A stretch of DNA of 59,009 nt, counting the filler, from Catajapyx aquilonaris (taxonomy: Eukaryota), in assembly GCA_000934665.2 (NCBI GenBank). It is 2 parts of 2 records of this genome, joined end to end, with 100 filler letters (N's around TTAATTAATTAA, not from the genome) between each part and the next. Parts side by side here need not be neighbours in the genome. Positions count along the whole stretch, not along the records: positions 1 to 29,435 come from JYFJ02004793.1; 1 more part is not named here. One strand, 5' to 3'. Both the position numbers and the translations under genes were made by a program. Below, in pieces: positions 1 to 13,944 of this stretch (within the stretch, counting starts at the first letter, position 1; each line of letters begins with the position of its first letter). The notes under the pieces are model-generated. The model saw only the letters and a list, made by a program, of their open reading frames with translations. It was not told where the DNA came from and made no database searches.

Positions 1-68
1 AGTTCATATATTGGGTTAGCTTGCGTCTCCCTTCATCGCTGACTACCCCTCATAGGGAAATGTCGTGA

Positions 69-95
69 TGTTGTTGTTGTTGTTGTTGTTGTTGT
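69..95. repeat. (GTT)n microsatellite
   Basis: About 9 tandem GTT/TTG units. Confidence 0.9.
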
Positions 96-579
96 ATAAT
101 ATTATAGTAGCTAATAATAAGCACTAAAAGTAATCGCTTAAAAGAAGCAGCTTAGTGACAGCATTGCTAACCACTAACATCATTTCAGTTGGATCACCTT
201 AATTATGGGAGTAATTTATTATAATAATACATAATACTCGTACTTGTATAATGACGAGTTATGTACAGTTTTTGGCAAATATTTTGTGGTGTAATGAGAC
301 GTGTCATTCATTTAAACTGCGATTGACATTTGCATAAATTGCAACTGTATACACACTTCATTATCATTACGTTTTTATTTACGCGTGTAATTTGTTTATT
401 TTTACGCATCATCAGAGTCACCTGCGATTAACTATTATATTAACAGATATCCTGCTTTTTGTTAATTACATAGTGTCGAATTTTCGTCCCACTCCACTGC
501 TATAGATACTGCTAACCAGCTAACCAACTTAGCAGTAACAAGCAGTGAAATTAAAAAAAGGTAGCAGTAAAAAATTACC

Positions 580-723
580 AATAACGACCAATATGCGTGT
601 AATTAATAAATGAAGAAAATATGGGTGGAATTTTCGTCCCACTGCGCTAGTTACTGGTACACAAACTTTACAGTACTAGTGTTGGCACTTCATTTATTAA
701 TTACGCGCATATTGGTCGTTATT
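580..723. repeat. Inverted repeat, 36-bp arms
   Basis: 580-615 aataacgaccaatatgcgtgtaattaataaatgaag pairs with 688-723 with one mismatch. Confidence 0.85.
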
Positions 724-3319
724 TCTTAACAATTTCATATACAGTACAAGTTTCAGCACTCTCAGTAGTCTGAAAGTGGGTTAGGTAGCCGTACATATTA
801 TGTACAAACCACCTGCTTTATACATTTAAAGAAAAATTGTGACTGTGACCATGCGCCTCTTTCATCGCTTTTACACTGCAGTAACAGCTCTTACTTGTTA
901 GTATAAAAAAATCACTATTCCGCCCATTTCTGCAACCAAATGTGGCGCAATCCGGTTGGGCAATATTTTCACACGCTTTACCCAGCCGAGGCACAAAAGG
1001 GACCGGTTGTTGGCCAATAATTTAAGTGGCAAAATAAATGCAGGAAAAAAAAATCCGACGCCCCTCTTGGCCTGCAACAAACTGAAAAAAAAACCTACTA
1101 TCTATGGTTTCCGATTGGAATCTATGAGTAGAAAAAAAAGAGAGGAAGGTTCTGGTGCCGTTGGTTGTGGCGCCCGGAATGCGATGAAGTGGGGGTGTGT
1201 GGGGGGTGTAAATAAATGGCGGCGATGTGTGGTGCGAATGGCCCCGGGTCTCTTCCCTTATCCTCCATCGCATGAAACCGCCAGGGAATTTATTGGGGCA
1301 TTTATTTCCTATATCTGAGGGAGGGAGGGAGGGAGGGGGAGGTACAAGTGCGGGCATTGCAGTGTAGCGGATATTGCGCGCTTAGTGTGGGCGCCAGGCC
1401 AAAACTCATGCGGCCTTACACGTGTACAGATGTGTGGGAGGGGTTGGGAGGTGATGATGATGACGACACTTTATTTACGAGCTATCTGCCGACCCGAGCT
1501 GCGACGCCACCCGACGCTCTCTCTGAAATATTGGGGCCACGGCTGCTTAATGTACTACACCAGCAGGCGCGCTTGGAAGAGGAACAACAACGTATTTTCC
1601 GCAGAGGAAAGCGTCTGGACGCACAATGGCGTCTTATTTATAATTGGCCTCTCTCCGCGGTGAGTCATCAGCTAGGTGCATGTAGTACAAATTCCCCCCG
1701 CACGACTATGAAAGTGGCAGCACTGTACAGAGAGGGAGGTCGCGACATCTATGAGCAAAGTAAGGAACTACGTGGGCGGTGTTGCCAGGTCTTATCTCTT
1801 AGATATTACGATGCGCGTCGATTTATCTCCGTGAATAATAGCCGGAAACAATTAACCAAGCACTTAATGACAAGGTTATACTTGCGGTATATCATGGACC
1901 AGCAGGCGGTGCTCGTTCTCAGGTTATTCTTCATCACGAACTGAAAATGAAATTTTTTCGTTTGTCATACCATATTGTGGCAAATAAACTGTAGCCAGTT
2001 TCACCAGGGGTCGAAAAGATGACCTGGACAGGCTGATAACCGATGAAAAATAGACGAGGTATTGACGGAATGAAGGACTAATCGTTTGACTACTGGGTTC
2101 GTGTCAAAAGCAACATTTACCACGCATAATTTTTAGAAACCGCCAGTAAATGTGCTGATGTGCTGACAAACCCGGAAATCAATCACTTCTATCAAACCTT
2201 TGGAAACAAGCTGCAAAAAAAATATTATTGGCTATGTATCCGCTGCAGCCTAATTCATCCACATGTCTCATTTGAATCACGTGATTACATTTTGAAAGCA
2301 GCATGTGTGTTGCATCAAGGGTTAATGAATAATGATCTGTTTCCGACGCACACATGTCAACATTCTATCATTTGTCTACATAATTCATAACTGCATCGGG
2401 GGACCGAAAATGCTGAAACGAGAGAAATATAGCATGTTACTGTTGGTCAGTAACATTGGCACAAAACATGTTTGCAGTTTCCTCAACTGTCCTGGTGATG
2501 CTCACAGAGAAAGTGAGGGCACCAAAATTATCCTTGCGAACACTGGTTGGGGGGATGTCCCTTGTGTGTCTTTACTGCGTCAAAGCATGCTAGCTTTGGG
2601 GAGGGCTGTACGGCAAGCGTATACCTTTTGTCGAGAGTGCTGCATTGTCCTTGTTACAAACCCAGGGACGAATGCATTTGCGTCCATTGTTCCGGCCAAC
2701 AACACACCATAAGACGCCGATAGTCTGCTGCCTGCTCTGGCTCCGCTTTGTGGAGTTGACACGAAGGCCACTTGAGAGCGGAGGAATACCCGCAATGAAC
2801 TCCGGAGAGGTTGGTGACATGCAAAGCACTCGTCTATAGACACCCAACAAAAACCAAGCAACCATCCAAAGTATCAAAATAATTAACTCCTCTTCTGCAG
2901 TTTTTGACTCACCCTGTGCAGACTCCCTCCCTGAAACCCACCATATTCCACAAGTGCAAATGGCGGCCGCTGCTTATATATCTGGGCCTGAAATAAGCTG
3001 CTACAAGGCAAATTAAGTCGTTTGCTGCAGGCATTTACTATCACTTCCACAATATCGATGATTCTCCGCGTCTCGCGCAGATGCTGCGGGGGGGTTGCCT
3101 CACATTTGCTTTGCGAATTGGAAGGGGTGGGGTGGGGGAAGCTTTACCATAACTGCCAGAGGGTGAGGGTAAAAAGGGGAAGCTAAAAATGGGAGGGGTG
3201 AAAAGACTTTACTTGACGACGACCCACTGCGCTCTGTTGTTGATTCCTGCTGAAATAGACCACCTGAATCACATTTATGGGGCCATTTCATGCGGCTCAA
3301 AAGTGAACTGGACCCGATT

Positions 3320-3720
3320 CTAACCTAATCTAACCTAGCCTAATATAATATATTTCTGGCCTAATTATTATATTAAATATTTTAACCTAATGTAGCCTAA
3401 TATTTAATCTACTAATAACTAATTATAACGAAATATTTAACCTAATAATTTATTACAACCGAATATTTTAACCTAATAATTACAACCGAATATTTTTAAC
3501 CTAATAGGACTAATATTATAACCGAATATATTACAGTAATATTATCTACCCTAACCCTATTACTGTATAACTAAAATTTTAACCTAATATTGTAATCAAG
3601 TTTTTAACGGAATTATATAGCCAAATATTTGAGTGTGAAATAACCTAATAAGTTATATTATTTAATATATTTTAACCTAATATACTCTAAGTCTAAACTA
3701 TGACTATAACCTAACCTAAC
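3320..3720. repeat. AT-rich degenerate tandem repeat built on TAACCTAA(T)/AACCGAAT
   Basis: Recurrent taacctaat and aaccgaatattt units; ends in taacctaacctaac. Confidence 0.7.
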
Positions 3721-4894
3721 TATTCACGTAGAGCAGAATGATTGGATCTGATTGGATCCGATCCGAACCCGGTGTGGTTGCTCTGTAAATGGAAAAATAA
3801 TTATTCCTTATTGAAAGACGACACGACGTTATAAGGATGACTTCTTTTTCCCCTCCGGGTTGTGACAAATGACCGGTTGGATTGTTGGCAGAGGAGAGGG
3901 TCAAAAGGAGCTGAACACGGGTCAATTTGAGGGTGTCGACATTTTGTTGACAGGTGTTGGAATGGTCGTCTGTTGCACTGTATTTATATCCGGAGGGTGT
4001 GGGTTGGGAGGAGAGAAGAAAAGAAGAGAAAGATTCGCTGGTTGGCAATCCGGAGCCAGAGGTTTCTGGTGGGGGGGAAGGGTGATGTCTGAGGCGGTGG
4101 TGGGGAGGTTGACAATAGGTGTCGAGCATTTTGTTCCCGGACAAAGGAGGCCAAAGACCTGGCACCGTTTTTCCCTTGATACATGTCTCAACCCTGTCAC
4201 TATTTCTAAGGAGAGATACGCGTGAGATGGGTCGGGGTGGGGGTGGGGATTCTTCTGGCTCTTTTTTTCTGGGGATGCTTCAGGCCACTTTCAGGATATT
4301 GCCAGTGGAGTTACCCACCCTTTAGATATATATATATAAAAAGATGCAGTCTGGCTCATACAGCTCCTTCCATTTTTATCTGGACATTTTTCCTAACAGT
4401 CAGCAGAAAGGTTAGTTCACTGCAAACTGCGATTCTTGGAGGACTTGGCTACATTTTTAGTGATGAAGTTTGTAGTGAGCAGGTGACCTTTTCGATGCTG
4501 CACTATCTATAGCAAACATTCAACAACACATGTTATTTCGTTATAAAAGTAGTCAGCGATTTGAAAACGCCTTTGGCAATTTTTTTTAGATATTTGCAAA
4601 GTCGTGTTTATAGTTACAAAAATTTGAGGGAGGAAAATTCGGAGGCGTGTAAATTATGTAGGGGGATGTTAATTAAGGTGCTTCAGCCTGGTGTTTGACT
4701 TTCCAAGAGCGCAATCCAGCCAGCTCGTTGCGTCATCTGACTTTTTTAAAATTTGAAGCATATGAGCACCTGACGAGAACAAAATGACGTGAATATTGTT
4801 GCGGTCATTATTTTTTGCATATTATGGTTGACAATAATCCTGTAACCTGCCGAATTTTTAATTAAAAGTTGGTTGCATGGTCTGGCGTGGGTCT

Positions 4895-5000
4895 GTGCCT
4901 CTGTTTGTCCGCGGTGAGTCGTCAGTAGTGTGCAGATGAGTCATTTATGTGATAGATACGGTACTACTCCCACAGTTAGGAAGGAGGGCAGTGTTGCCAA
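4895..5000. repeat. Dispersed short repeat family (GTGCCTCTGTTTGTCCGCG..TGAGTC core), probable small non-autonomous TE
   Basis: Core also near 1650, 10090, 13752, 15547, 19738 and, reversed, 27598; followed by gtgttgccaa or ggtgttgcca in several copies. Confidence 0.6.
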
Positions 5001-5974
5001 GCTTTGGCCAAGCTTTATTTGTCCTTAATATTTTTTGAGGGAAATTTTCCACTGTTTCTCTGCGCATTTGTGACCAATCAGCTCTCTAGAATTCAGTTCG
5101 ATTTTCGTAAATGCGTTTGTTGTTTGTCTCGTTGGAAAGTAGCAAAGCAGCCTGAGTAATAGCATTGGAAGGGGGGCCACGAGAACAAATTGAATGGCAG
5201 GATCTCATCATTTGCTTCCAAGCTCCGTACAGCCTTTGCACCCACCCACCCCCTCCAAAAAAGAAGGGGGATTAATCATGCAAAGTACTCTTGCAGTACT
5301 TTTCGCTAGTCCCAGCCACCACCTCCTGAGCGCAAAAAAAAATGCTGCTAATTAATTAGCGATTGTCTACGAGGAGAGTTTGTCCTTGGCAAGAAGTGAA
5401 GTAGCAACATCTAAATGGAAAAGTTGGTGGGGCCACCGAAAAGTTGGGGTTCCGTGAAGAAGAAGAAGAAGACAGGGGGAGGAGTGGGAAAAGGAAAAGG
5501 AAGGAAAAGGAAGGGACAAGAATTTTGTGGAGGAGGGTTTGTCAGGCGGTGTGAGTGGCTGGAAATACTAAGGCCAAATCAATGGTAGGAGAAGTTACCC
5601 TCCAATTCCTTCACTACATGCGGGCTCGAGAAACGAGATCACTTCTGAGAGGAATCTCACGACACATCGGACCTGAGCTCCCATCACTTAAATGTGGCCA
5701 CGTCGCATCCAGAAAACAGCCAAATAACGCTTAACCGTCGCTGCTAATTTAACTGCTTGAAATAACTGATACGTGTTCACTATGTCAAATAACACCTACG
5801 TGTTGCTACTGTTTACATATTAGCTACGTGTTGTATGTATTCAGTATAACTAACAGCTACGCGTTGCAGTTGCTATGAATAACTGCTAGTATGTTACTTG
5901 CTATAAATAACTCCTGAAAAATAACTTAATTGGAAGTTGTGCATAATATTTTTGTTTCTTCTTTTTTTTCTCAG

Positions 5975-6111
5975 GTCCGGCCTTCTGGGGTCTGATCAAC
6001 CCGCAATGGAACCTGTGCAACAAGGGCAGGAGACAGTCGCCAATCAACATTGACCCCCAACGCCTCCTCTACGACCCGCATCTCAGGCCAATCCATGTCG
6101 ACAAACACAGG
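5975..6111 (+). CDS. CARPB: Carbonic anhydrase-related protein (CA10/CA11-like, acatalytic), internal exon A
   Basis: Polypyrimidine tract plus TCAG acceptor ending 5974; GTGAGT donor at 6112. 137 nt (2 nt completing a split Gly codon plus 45 codons) translate (G)PAFWGLINPQWNLCNKGRRQSPINIDPQRLLYDPHLRPIHVDKHR, containing the CARP GPxFWG and alpha-CA GRRQSPINI motifs. Not in the ORF track. Confidence 0.95.
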
Positions 6112-6639
6112 GTGAGTCATCTGTCACTTTCGAATTGGAGACCGGAATACTCGGGTATGCAACCTTGCTAATATGGAGAGAGAAAAAAATGAAGGTCTTC
6201 AGCGCCACAGTTATCGTGATTTGCGTGTACCTAGTTTACCGGTTGGTCCATCGACATATTTTTCACCTCTACATTTTTTCGACTTATTTTGAGCCAACGA
6301 GTACATTTCCGGATTATAAGGTCAAGAACACAAAATAGGAATGACCTGGTTTAGAACCAGTCTGAATGAAACGCGATTGTTTTTGGGGTGGCCGGCAAGC
6401 TTTATGCGTGTCAGAGGGCACTTAGGAGCAGGGGGACCTTTCACGCAGAGGGCTAAAAAGCGAGGATTACCATCGCCTCTGCCCAATCCCTCAACATATA
6501 TATCCCATCCCCACACCCCTCCTGGCCACCAAATCAACGCGCATTAAAATTAATGGTTTTCGCCATCCTAATCAGGCCGTTCGATAAGCCAGTCTCCGTT
6601 AATGAGCCCGGGCTTCGTCCATATCTGCGATGCACATGA

Positions 6640-6644
<5 letters not shown>

Positions 6645-6689
<45 letters not shown>
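6645..6689. repeat. (AG)n microsatellite
   Basis: About 22 AG units. Confidence 0.95.
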
Positions 6690-6694
<5 letters not shown>

Positions 6695-6950
6695 GTGGGG
6701 CCAACTCATCCGACCAAACCTCCGAAATTTTCGCATCAGGCCATTTGCCAACTTTGGAACAGGATGTTTATATGCTCCTAGCAACGTGGCGTACTTTTTG
6801 AACCTCCAATCGTGTATGGAATTGGCTTGAGTCTGTGACTGTGTCCGCTTAGCTCGATACCCCCGACAAGACCCTGAGAGTGGCAATACGTCATCTATGT
6901 GAGAGATATGGTACTACGTGGACAATCCAGGGCAATATTGCAAGGTTTCC

Positions 6951-7247
6951 GCAAGGCAATTTTTCTATTGATGCTCGTTCTTACGACAACTGTAACAGAC
7001 ACCTCAATATTAGAACACGTGAGGTGTGACACTTCTATGGGTCTACGCGTCTACCTGATATAAATTGTTGGCAAATATTAATGTCGCTTGGTGAGTCCTG
7101 GGCAGCGTTGCCAGTTTTTTGCAAGGCAATTTCTGTATTGATGTCCGTTCTTACGACAACTGTAACAGACACCTCAGTTGTTGGAACACATGTGAGGTGT
7201 GACAATCCTATAAATTGTTGGCAAGGAGTGATGTCGCTTGGTGAGTA
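6951..7247. repeat. Diverged tandem duplication, period about 170 bp
   Basis: gcaaggcaattt...cgttcttacgacaactgtaacagacacctca...gtgaggtgtgaca...ataaattgttggcaa...atgtcgcttggtgagt occurs from 6951 and again from 7121. Confidence 0.85.
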
Positions 7248-7678
7248 ACGTTGCTTGTAAGGCGCAGCAGTGGCCGGACACATGTTAGCTGTAGGATAGC
7301 TGATGGCGTCGGATGCAAAAGCGGCCCAAGTCCATTCATCTTGCTCACGTTTTACCCCCAAACGTCACCAGCACGTTCTGCTCCTCCGGGTACCTCCTTT
7401 TTTCGGGAATTTATCCGGAGCGGCTCACGTGCCAACCTGTCGCCCCTGGCCCATTGGTCACTGCCCGGTCCTACATCAACTGAGATTCGCCGCAAGGTTT
7501 AGATGAAATATCCGGGGCGAGAGAAGGTATGAAATCCGGGGAGCAGAAAACAATCGTTGTGACTGCTCTTCCTCTGTCGACGGGGTGTCGGCCGGATCCA
7601 ATTGACGGAGGAAACCGCCAATCTTGCTGCTCGGCGGGGAGGCCTATCCCCCATTCCACCACTCCGCCTGATGCCATA

Positions 7679-7932
7679 CAGGGTGCTTCGTAACGATCCG
7701 GACAAACTTGCAGGCTGAACTCATACGGTCCAGAGGATCACTTTATGTAGAGGTGTCGTTTGGTCTCCGTAGCTTGGTTACCCTGAAAATGGGGTTCAAA
7801 TGGGTATAAAATGCAACGTACACTTCAGTGGTAATTTTAGGGGTAACGAGGCTTCACACACCAAATCATGCGTTTACATAAAGTGACCCACTGCTTCCCA
7901 CGAGTTCATCCGATATATTACGAAACACCCTG
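7679..7932. mobile_element. Tc1/mariner-type MITE
   Basis: TA|CAGGGTGCTTCGTAA at left and TTACGAAACACCCTG at right; right TSD reads TG (mutated). Confidence 0.65.
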
Positions 7933-8821
7933 TGCACAAACTACTCCGCACAAAATCACTTTACGGACTCGAGCACGCTATACCCTTTGCCTTTGCCTGG
8001 CCCCCCTCTTCTCTCTTCTTCTGGCCATTAATCGATGGCGTAATTGCCGGCGGGAAGAAGGGTTCAAGTGGCGACGGACTAATTGAGAAGCGTCGACAAC
8101 TTAACGACTACCGTCCGCTTTACGTTTACCTGTTACCATATCCTGGGGTTTCACTCACGTAAAAGCCGCATGGAGTGGACCCATTCTCATTCCGAAAAAT
8201 TAATGTTACAAATTTCGGTATTTAAAGTTGCACTCGATTAAAAGAATTTTTACGATTTGACTAAGTTGACAGTGTGTTTAGGTCAACTTCTCTGAATTTC
8301 GTCTTACGAGGGTCACGTTTTCCCCTGTAGCTGCATAAACTTCCAAAGCATTTTGAGCTTCTTGAGAGAGCGATTGGCCTCTCCGCCTTGCAGATTGTAA
8401 TTGGATAAGCCGATTTGAGGCTTACTAGTTGCTCTCTATGCGAAGGGCGTAGAAAAAAATATATGTGAAAAAGTTTTCAATTGAATAGAAACCCCTAGTC
8501 CCCTGCTGGCAATGCTTATTAGACTACGACATCAAGTTTTTCATTCCTTCTTCTTTTTTCTTGGAGCAAAATCCCCCCATCTTCCTTCCCCCGCTACTTC
8601 TTTTTACCAACCTTCTCTCTGGTATACACTAAATTGAAAAGTTTTCAAAGAGCCAAAAACCACTACAAACAGTCTCAGTTTCCTGGGGTTAATAAGCCGG
8701 GCAAGAACTGCATTCCCGGCAATCTTATACCGGAGTCACCCGGATATTCATCTTTGTCACACAGGCCTTATGCTCACCCTATGTCAGTAACTGCCAATTT
8801 TTATTTCATTTTCGATCGTAA

Positions 8822-9425
8822 CAGGTTTGCTATTAATAACCGGTTTGTTATTAATAACCCGTTATGAGCAGTGCTACTTTTGTTATGGAAAGTAGCAGTG
8901 ATAGTGTAACCTGTTATTAATAGCAGTTCTTTTTACGTGATAGTGTAACCTAGCAGTTCTTTTAGTAAAAAGTAGTAAAAAGTGTAACCTTTTTACTAAA
9001 AGAACTGCTAGGTTACACTATCACGTAAAAAGAACTGCTAGGTTACACTATCACGTAAAAAGAACTGCTAGGTTACACTATCACGTAAAAAGAACTGCTA
9101 GGTTACACTATCACGTAAAAAGAACTGCTATTAATAACAGGTTACACTATCACTGCTATCACTACTTTCCATAACATTTCCCGTACGGTCCATAACGGTT
9201 ATTAATAGCAGTTCTTTTTAGTAAAATGTTCTTTCTAAAAGTTCTTTTTAGTAAAAGGTTCTTTCTAAAAGTTCTTTTTAGTAAAAGGTTCTTTCTAAAA
9301 GTTCTTTTTAGTAAAAAGAACTGCCATTAATAACAGGTTACACTATCACTGCTACTTTCCATAACAAAAGTAGCAATGCTCATAGCGGGTTATTAATAAC
9401 AAACCGGTTATTAATAGCAAATCTG
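8822..9425. repeat. Foldback structure: about 110-bp inverted arms enclosing two different 30-bp tandem arrays
   Basis: 8822-8937 pairs with 9311-9425; (agaactgctaggttacactatcacgtaaaa)x4 at 9001-9120; (gttctttttagtaaaaggttctttctaaaa)x3 at 9211-9300. Confidence 0.9.
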
Positions 9426-12400
9426 CTATATCACTGCTTCTCTTGGAACAAAAACAAAACTGCTGCGAATAACCGCTTATGATCGCTGCTATTTGTTTCA
9501 ACAGTAGCAGTGATCATAGCAGGTGATTAATAGCAGTTTTTAAACCTGTGCTTTTCACTTTTATGCTCTGATTTTTATTTTTAAATTCTCGGGCCATGAA
9601 GGCTTGAACGGTCGGCTGATCTGATGCGCAGATTCCGTTACGTAACGAGTTTTCCCCCCCTTGCCAAGAGTTCGTAAACAGCTAATTCGACTCCTGCTCC
9701 CTCAGACTCTTGTCTCCAGACAGACGCCACCCGGCGCCCTAGACGCTGCTGCCTGGAGCTGCCAGAAGAAGAAAAAAAAATGGGGCCAAAAAACGAAGTG
9801 AAGCAAGGAAAGAGGGGGTGAGCCATTTTCATAGGCCATGAATGAAATGGCTCTCCTGACGATATGACAGTGGTAGTAACTTGCAGACAAAGCGCTCCCG
9901 GAGGTCAATGTACATCCAGACCTAAAGATAATGATCGCCTGGATGTTTGAGTGCCAGCCATTTCCGCGCACTTTAAAAGGGAAGGCCCAAAAGGCACAGC
10001 AGCCCCCCCCCAGCCCCCCTTTCTCATCCTGGGCTGTTAGCCAACCAGCCATTGTGCCTCGGCAGAAATTCGCATCATCACAAAGCTCCGTGCCTCTGTT
10101 TGTCCTGGATGAGCTAGGTGGATCTTGCAAGACATTGAGAGTGCCAGAAGTGCGCCATCTTTGTGAGGGACATGGTACTACGTGTACAGTGTTGCCAAGG
10201 GTCTCACTTTTGCACGTTGCTGCCTATCAGGGGCCTTCACTTGACTAATATCCCTGGGACCTTCCTCGGCGCCAAATTTATTCCTGGGAGAAGCGGCGAT
10301 ATCGCGCCCTCGGTATATCCTTGGAACGGCACTGGCCTTGGATAATACTGTATGAGAGATAGGGATGGGCAGAGCGCCACCTTTGAAGCGGCGATCCTTA
10401 GCCTCCTGATGGATGTGCAACCGGGGATTCCCCAACACCGTTTGTCTTCGGCAAATGGAAGCCTCGGTATTGCCCAACCGGGACTATCTACCTCTCTCAA
10501 TCTGACATCTGCATGGTAGGGAACTATTTGTAAAGGAGTTGGGCTCTATCGAGACCGCCCCCCACCCCCAACCCACCCCCCTTGGAGAAATTCCCTTCGG
10601 ATATCGCCAAACCGCTGACTTGGAATCGTAAACAGGACAAAGGTTCGGCCATACAGTCTGATCGCCATAGTCAAGTTATGTAAGCTGTTATCTCTCCGAA
10701 TTTTAATTCAAACTGTGTAGCAGGACAATTCGCAAAAAGTGCACTATTTAAATTTACAGTTGATATTTTAGTAAGGAGGCTGCGTAGACCAAATCACATC
10801 CCTACATAAAATGATCATATTGAGCTCAGAATCCATCCAGATGGGATTGTCAGTATCATTATGAGACACCCTGCAGGAGTGCCATAAAAGCAGCAATCAC
10901 TGTAAGAGCGATTGAAAATAGCAGTGATTGTAGCAATGGTTGGCCGAAAATAGCCGTCTTCTATTTTCATCCTTAATTTTAATATGTATAAAATTGTTTA
11001 AGTTTTGAATCTATCGTCCATAATTATCAGCACATATTTTTGGTCACAATGCCAGCAGGCACGCTTTTCCACCAATTAACACCGTTCGAGCCATATCAAA
11101 GAGTCCAACTTGAAATGTTGCAAAGCAATTGAAAACCGCCTCCTCTTTCTCTCGACCTCTGAGGAATCCTCTGCATAAAGGTACAAGGCAAAAGAGTTTG
11201 TAGAAGAAGAAAAAAAAGGAGGGCAGAGCAGGTAAGAAGCTGTGCGTGGAATGCCGGTCGTTCCCCCAGGGGAATGTGGCGGAAAAGGGGCCTCCTTCCC
11301 CCTTAAGGACCACCTCATTAAGCGCTGAAGCAAGGATATAAAACTGGTGGAGAGAGCCTGGGGTTGGTTGGGAGCCATCGTCTAGTAATGAGCGCCCCTG
11401 CTTCTGTCTTCGGCTTTTGCAAGTTAATTATCCTCAGCCTGGGAAAAGAGGGGGGGGGGGAGCTTTCCTTCCAAGGAGGATCCAGGGAGAATATAAGGAG
11501 GAGAAGGGAAAAGGGAGGGGGGAAATAATTATCCATCCCACAGGCAAAAGCCCTCCCCTTCCATTCCGAGATGTCCGATCGCCCAGAAATTTCCGAGGCG
11601 CTTATGCAAGGAGTTTGGTTTGATTCGCCTCGGGTCAATGCAAGCCCCCTTGCTAATGAGGAAGATGCAGAGTGGAAGGAAGGAAACTCCTATAGTGTAT
11701 ATATGCAGGGGTGTCCCCACTAACAATTTCAAATTTCTAAAACAAAAATTACTCCTCTTGTTACTGTAAGTAGGGGTCATCTTGCAGGTCAGGCCACCTG
11801 ATGTAAACAAGCCCTTTCCTGGACAATTCAAGAACTTAATGTACAGTGCTACATGATCCTGGCACAATTAATAATTCTGCAGAGATGGCCTAGTGTTTGA
11901 CCTGGCCTGTGCAAAGAGGCTTCAAAGCCAGCAGCTATTAATCGCCATGCCTCACTCTCTCTCTACACATCAGCCTGGTTCAAGTGACGCAACAGCTTCA
12001 TTTCAACCCCCCCTCTCCATCCACTCCGAATTAATTAATAACGCTGATGACACGGAACAAGTTAGTCGAAGCCATGTTTATCGAATGTATTGAATTAATA
12101 AACAGCAGAGAGGCAGGGGGAGGGAGGTATCGAATTCGAAATGACATGATTTGTGTCAATAAATCGGCGACCGTGGTTTCCATCCGGACTGGTTACTTCA
12201 TTACGGATTACGAATTTTTGGAAAATAATTGCGTTGGCAGGTAAACCTCCACTCGGTAGAAGCCCCATTTGCACGATACTCCAACAGGAAAGTTGACTCG
12301 GTCTAGATAGGTCCGCTTTATTTAGCTATAAATATTACTAGAAAAGCCATCGCTTCGCTCGCATTCTCGCAACTGAATAGGTCCTTCTCCCATTGCGCAG

Positions 12401-13842
12401 GCGCAGAACGTGCCCAATTGGAAGCGTCGCGTAAACAATATACTGCGGGCCAATCGGAAACCTCGGTCAACAGCGTCATATGAACCCCCTCTAGATGGCG
12501 TTTCCGGATACAGGTTCCTATGTCAAAAATACTTGTATTGGTCCCCTCTATTACCCCTGAAAGTCTTTGCAGAGTTACAAGAAGCACCCTGTATATATAG
12601 TTTGCCATTTATTCCAGAAAGTCCGGATGTAAATTGACCACGTTTGTCACACCCATTTGTTTCCTGGTTTTGTGCCCTGAAGAGGGTGCGGCGAGCTTCC
12701 TTCTCTTCTTTTTTTTTTTTTAGATCTTTCTGTGAGAAGTGAGTGGGCATCAATCCAGCTGGCAAAACGCTTCTTTCCCTTAAAGATTGTCGACAGAGTC
12801 TTTCAGATGTAAAGTAGGCCTAATCACTTTCTAACGAGGGTCGCCTTCCGAGTGAAGAATCGAGTTCATCATCATCTCTTGCTTTTCCTGGAGTCCTTGT
12901 GGTTAGAGAGGAGGGCTGGGAGATGTGCGGCGAATTGGCTGGCCTTCATTACTCGAAATCAATCTATGTCGGTTTGGGGGGGTTCCGATGGGCTCTTCCT
13001 CCTGTTGGGGGAAAAGCTGTTTGCTCCCGTCTCGAAAAGACAACATCCTGCGACCAGCGCCCGGCATTTTAAACCCTTCCTACCCATCCTTCTAATCCCC
13101 AGCAGCCACCTTGATGGGCCTTCTACAGTGTAAACACGGTTCTAAAGGGTTCCTTTTTTGTGTGTGTGTGGAGAAATCTCAGTTTTAAGGTGGGTGCTAA
13201 CAACAATCTTGACGTGATGACTGCTGGAGCCGACCGGATGTGTGCGTGCCTGTGCAGCACAGTGTGTTTCAGAGGACAGTGTTGTCCGAGCCAGGAGGTT
13301 CCTAGCTAGAGTCGATTTCCGTGCCAGGACACACCGATGTCCAGATTGGTCTCGGTAATCCCCTGGATAGATGGGTGGGGTCCATCGATGGCTGGGTCAG
13401 GGCATGAAAAATGTAAACAGGTGTCTGGCACCCGGAAGGCAAGGCAAGCAGGAAGATAAACAAGCGGAGGTCTGGGGGAAGTTTGGTTGTCGTAATGGCT
13501 TTTTGGGGTGGTGGGGGGGGGGGGNGGTAGAAGCAAACGTGCGCCGAGGATCCCGGATAGGCTTTGATGACAGCAAAGTCTAGCCCTGCCTTTCACCCTC
13601 TTGGGAGCCGTCTTTTATTGGGGGACGCTTCCAAGACAAACAGCCCCCAGTGACGGAAGCCTGATTACCGCAAGCCTTATCCCCACTGATATTGAGCCCA
13701 AAAGACGTATAGTCCACTCTATATACCCGGGCTAATAATGACCTTTGTTTTCTTTGTTTGTCCCGCGACGACGATATCATGTTACTGTAGGTGACAATAA
13801 ATCCCATAAAACATCAACATAAAGAACAAGAGTCTGCCATCA

Positions 13843-13944
13843 ATGTGCCAAGTTTCAGCACTCTCAGTAGTTCGGAAGTGGGTTAGGCGGCCGGGACATA
13901 CAAACATACGGAGAAACTTTCCCATTTATAAAATATATAGAGAT
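13843..13944 (+). mobile_element. Terminus of a Lep1/Helitron-like non-autonomous element; second copy at about 747-831
   Basis: ccaagtttcagcactctcagtag...gtgggttagg...acatacaaacatac...actttcccatttataaaatatatagagat resembles the recalled Lep1-type end (short CAAA/CATA microsatellite then ACTTTCGCATTTATAATATTAGTAAGGAT); a related copy at 747 shows it is dispersed. Confidence 0.45.

Noticed and set aside
1348..1944. Longest ORF in the track (198 aa)
   Set aside because: Non-ATG start, no recognisable domain, and it overlaps a dispersed repeat near 1650; likely a chance ORF.
9001..9130. 30-bp direct repeats resembling a CRISPR array
   Set aside because: Head-to-tail repeats with no spacers, no cas genes, eukaryotic intron context.
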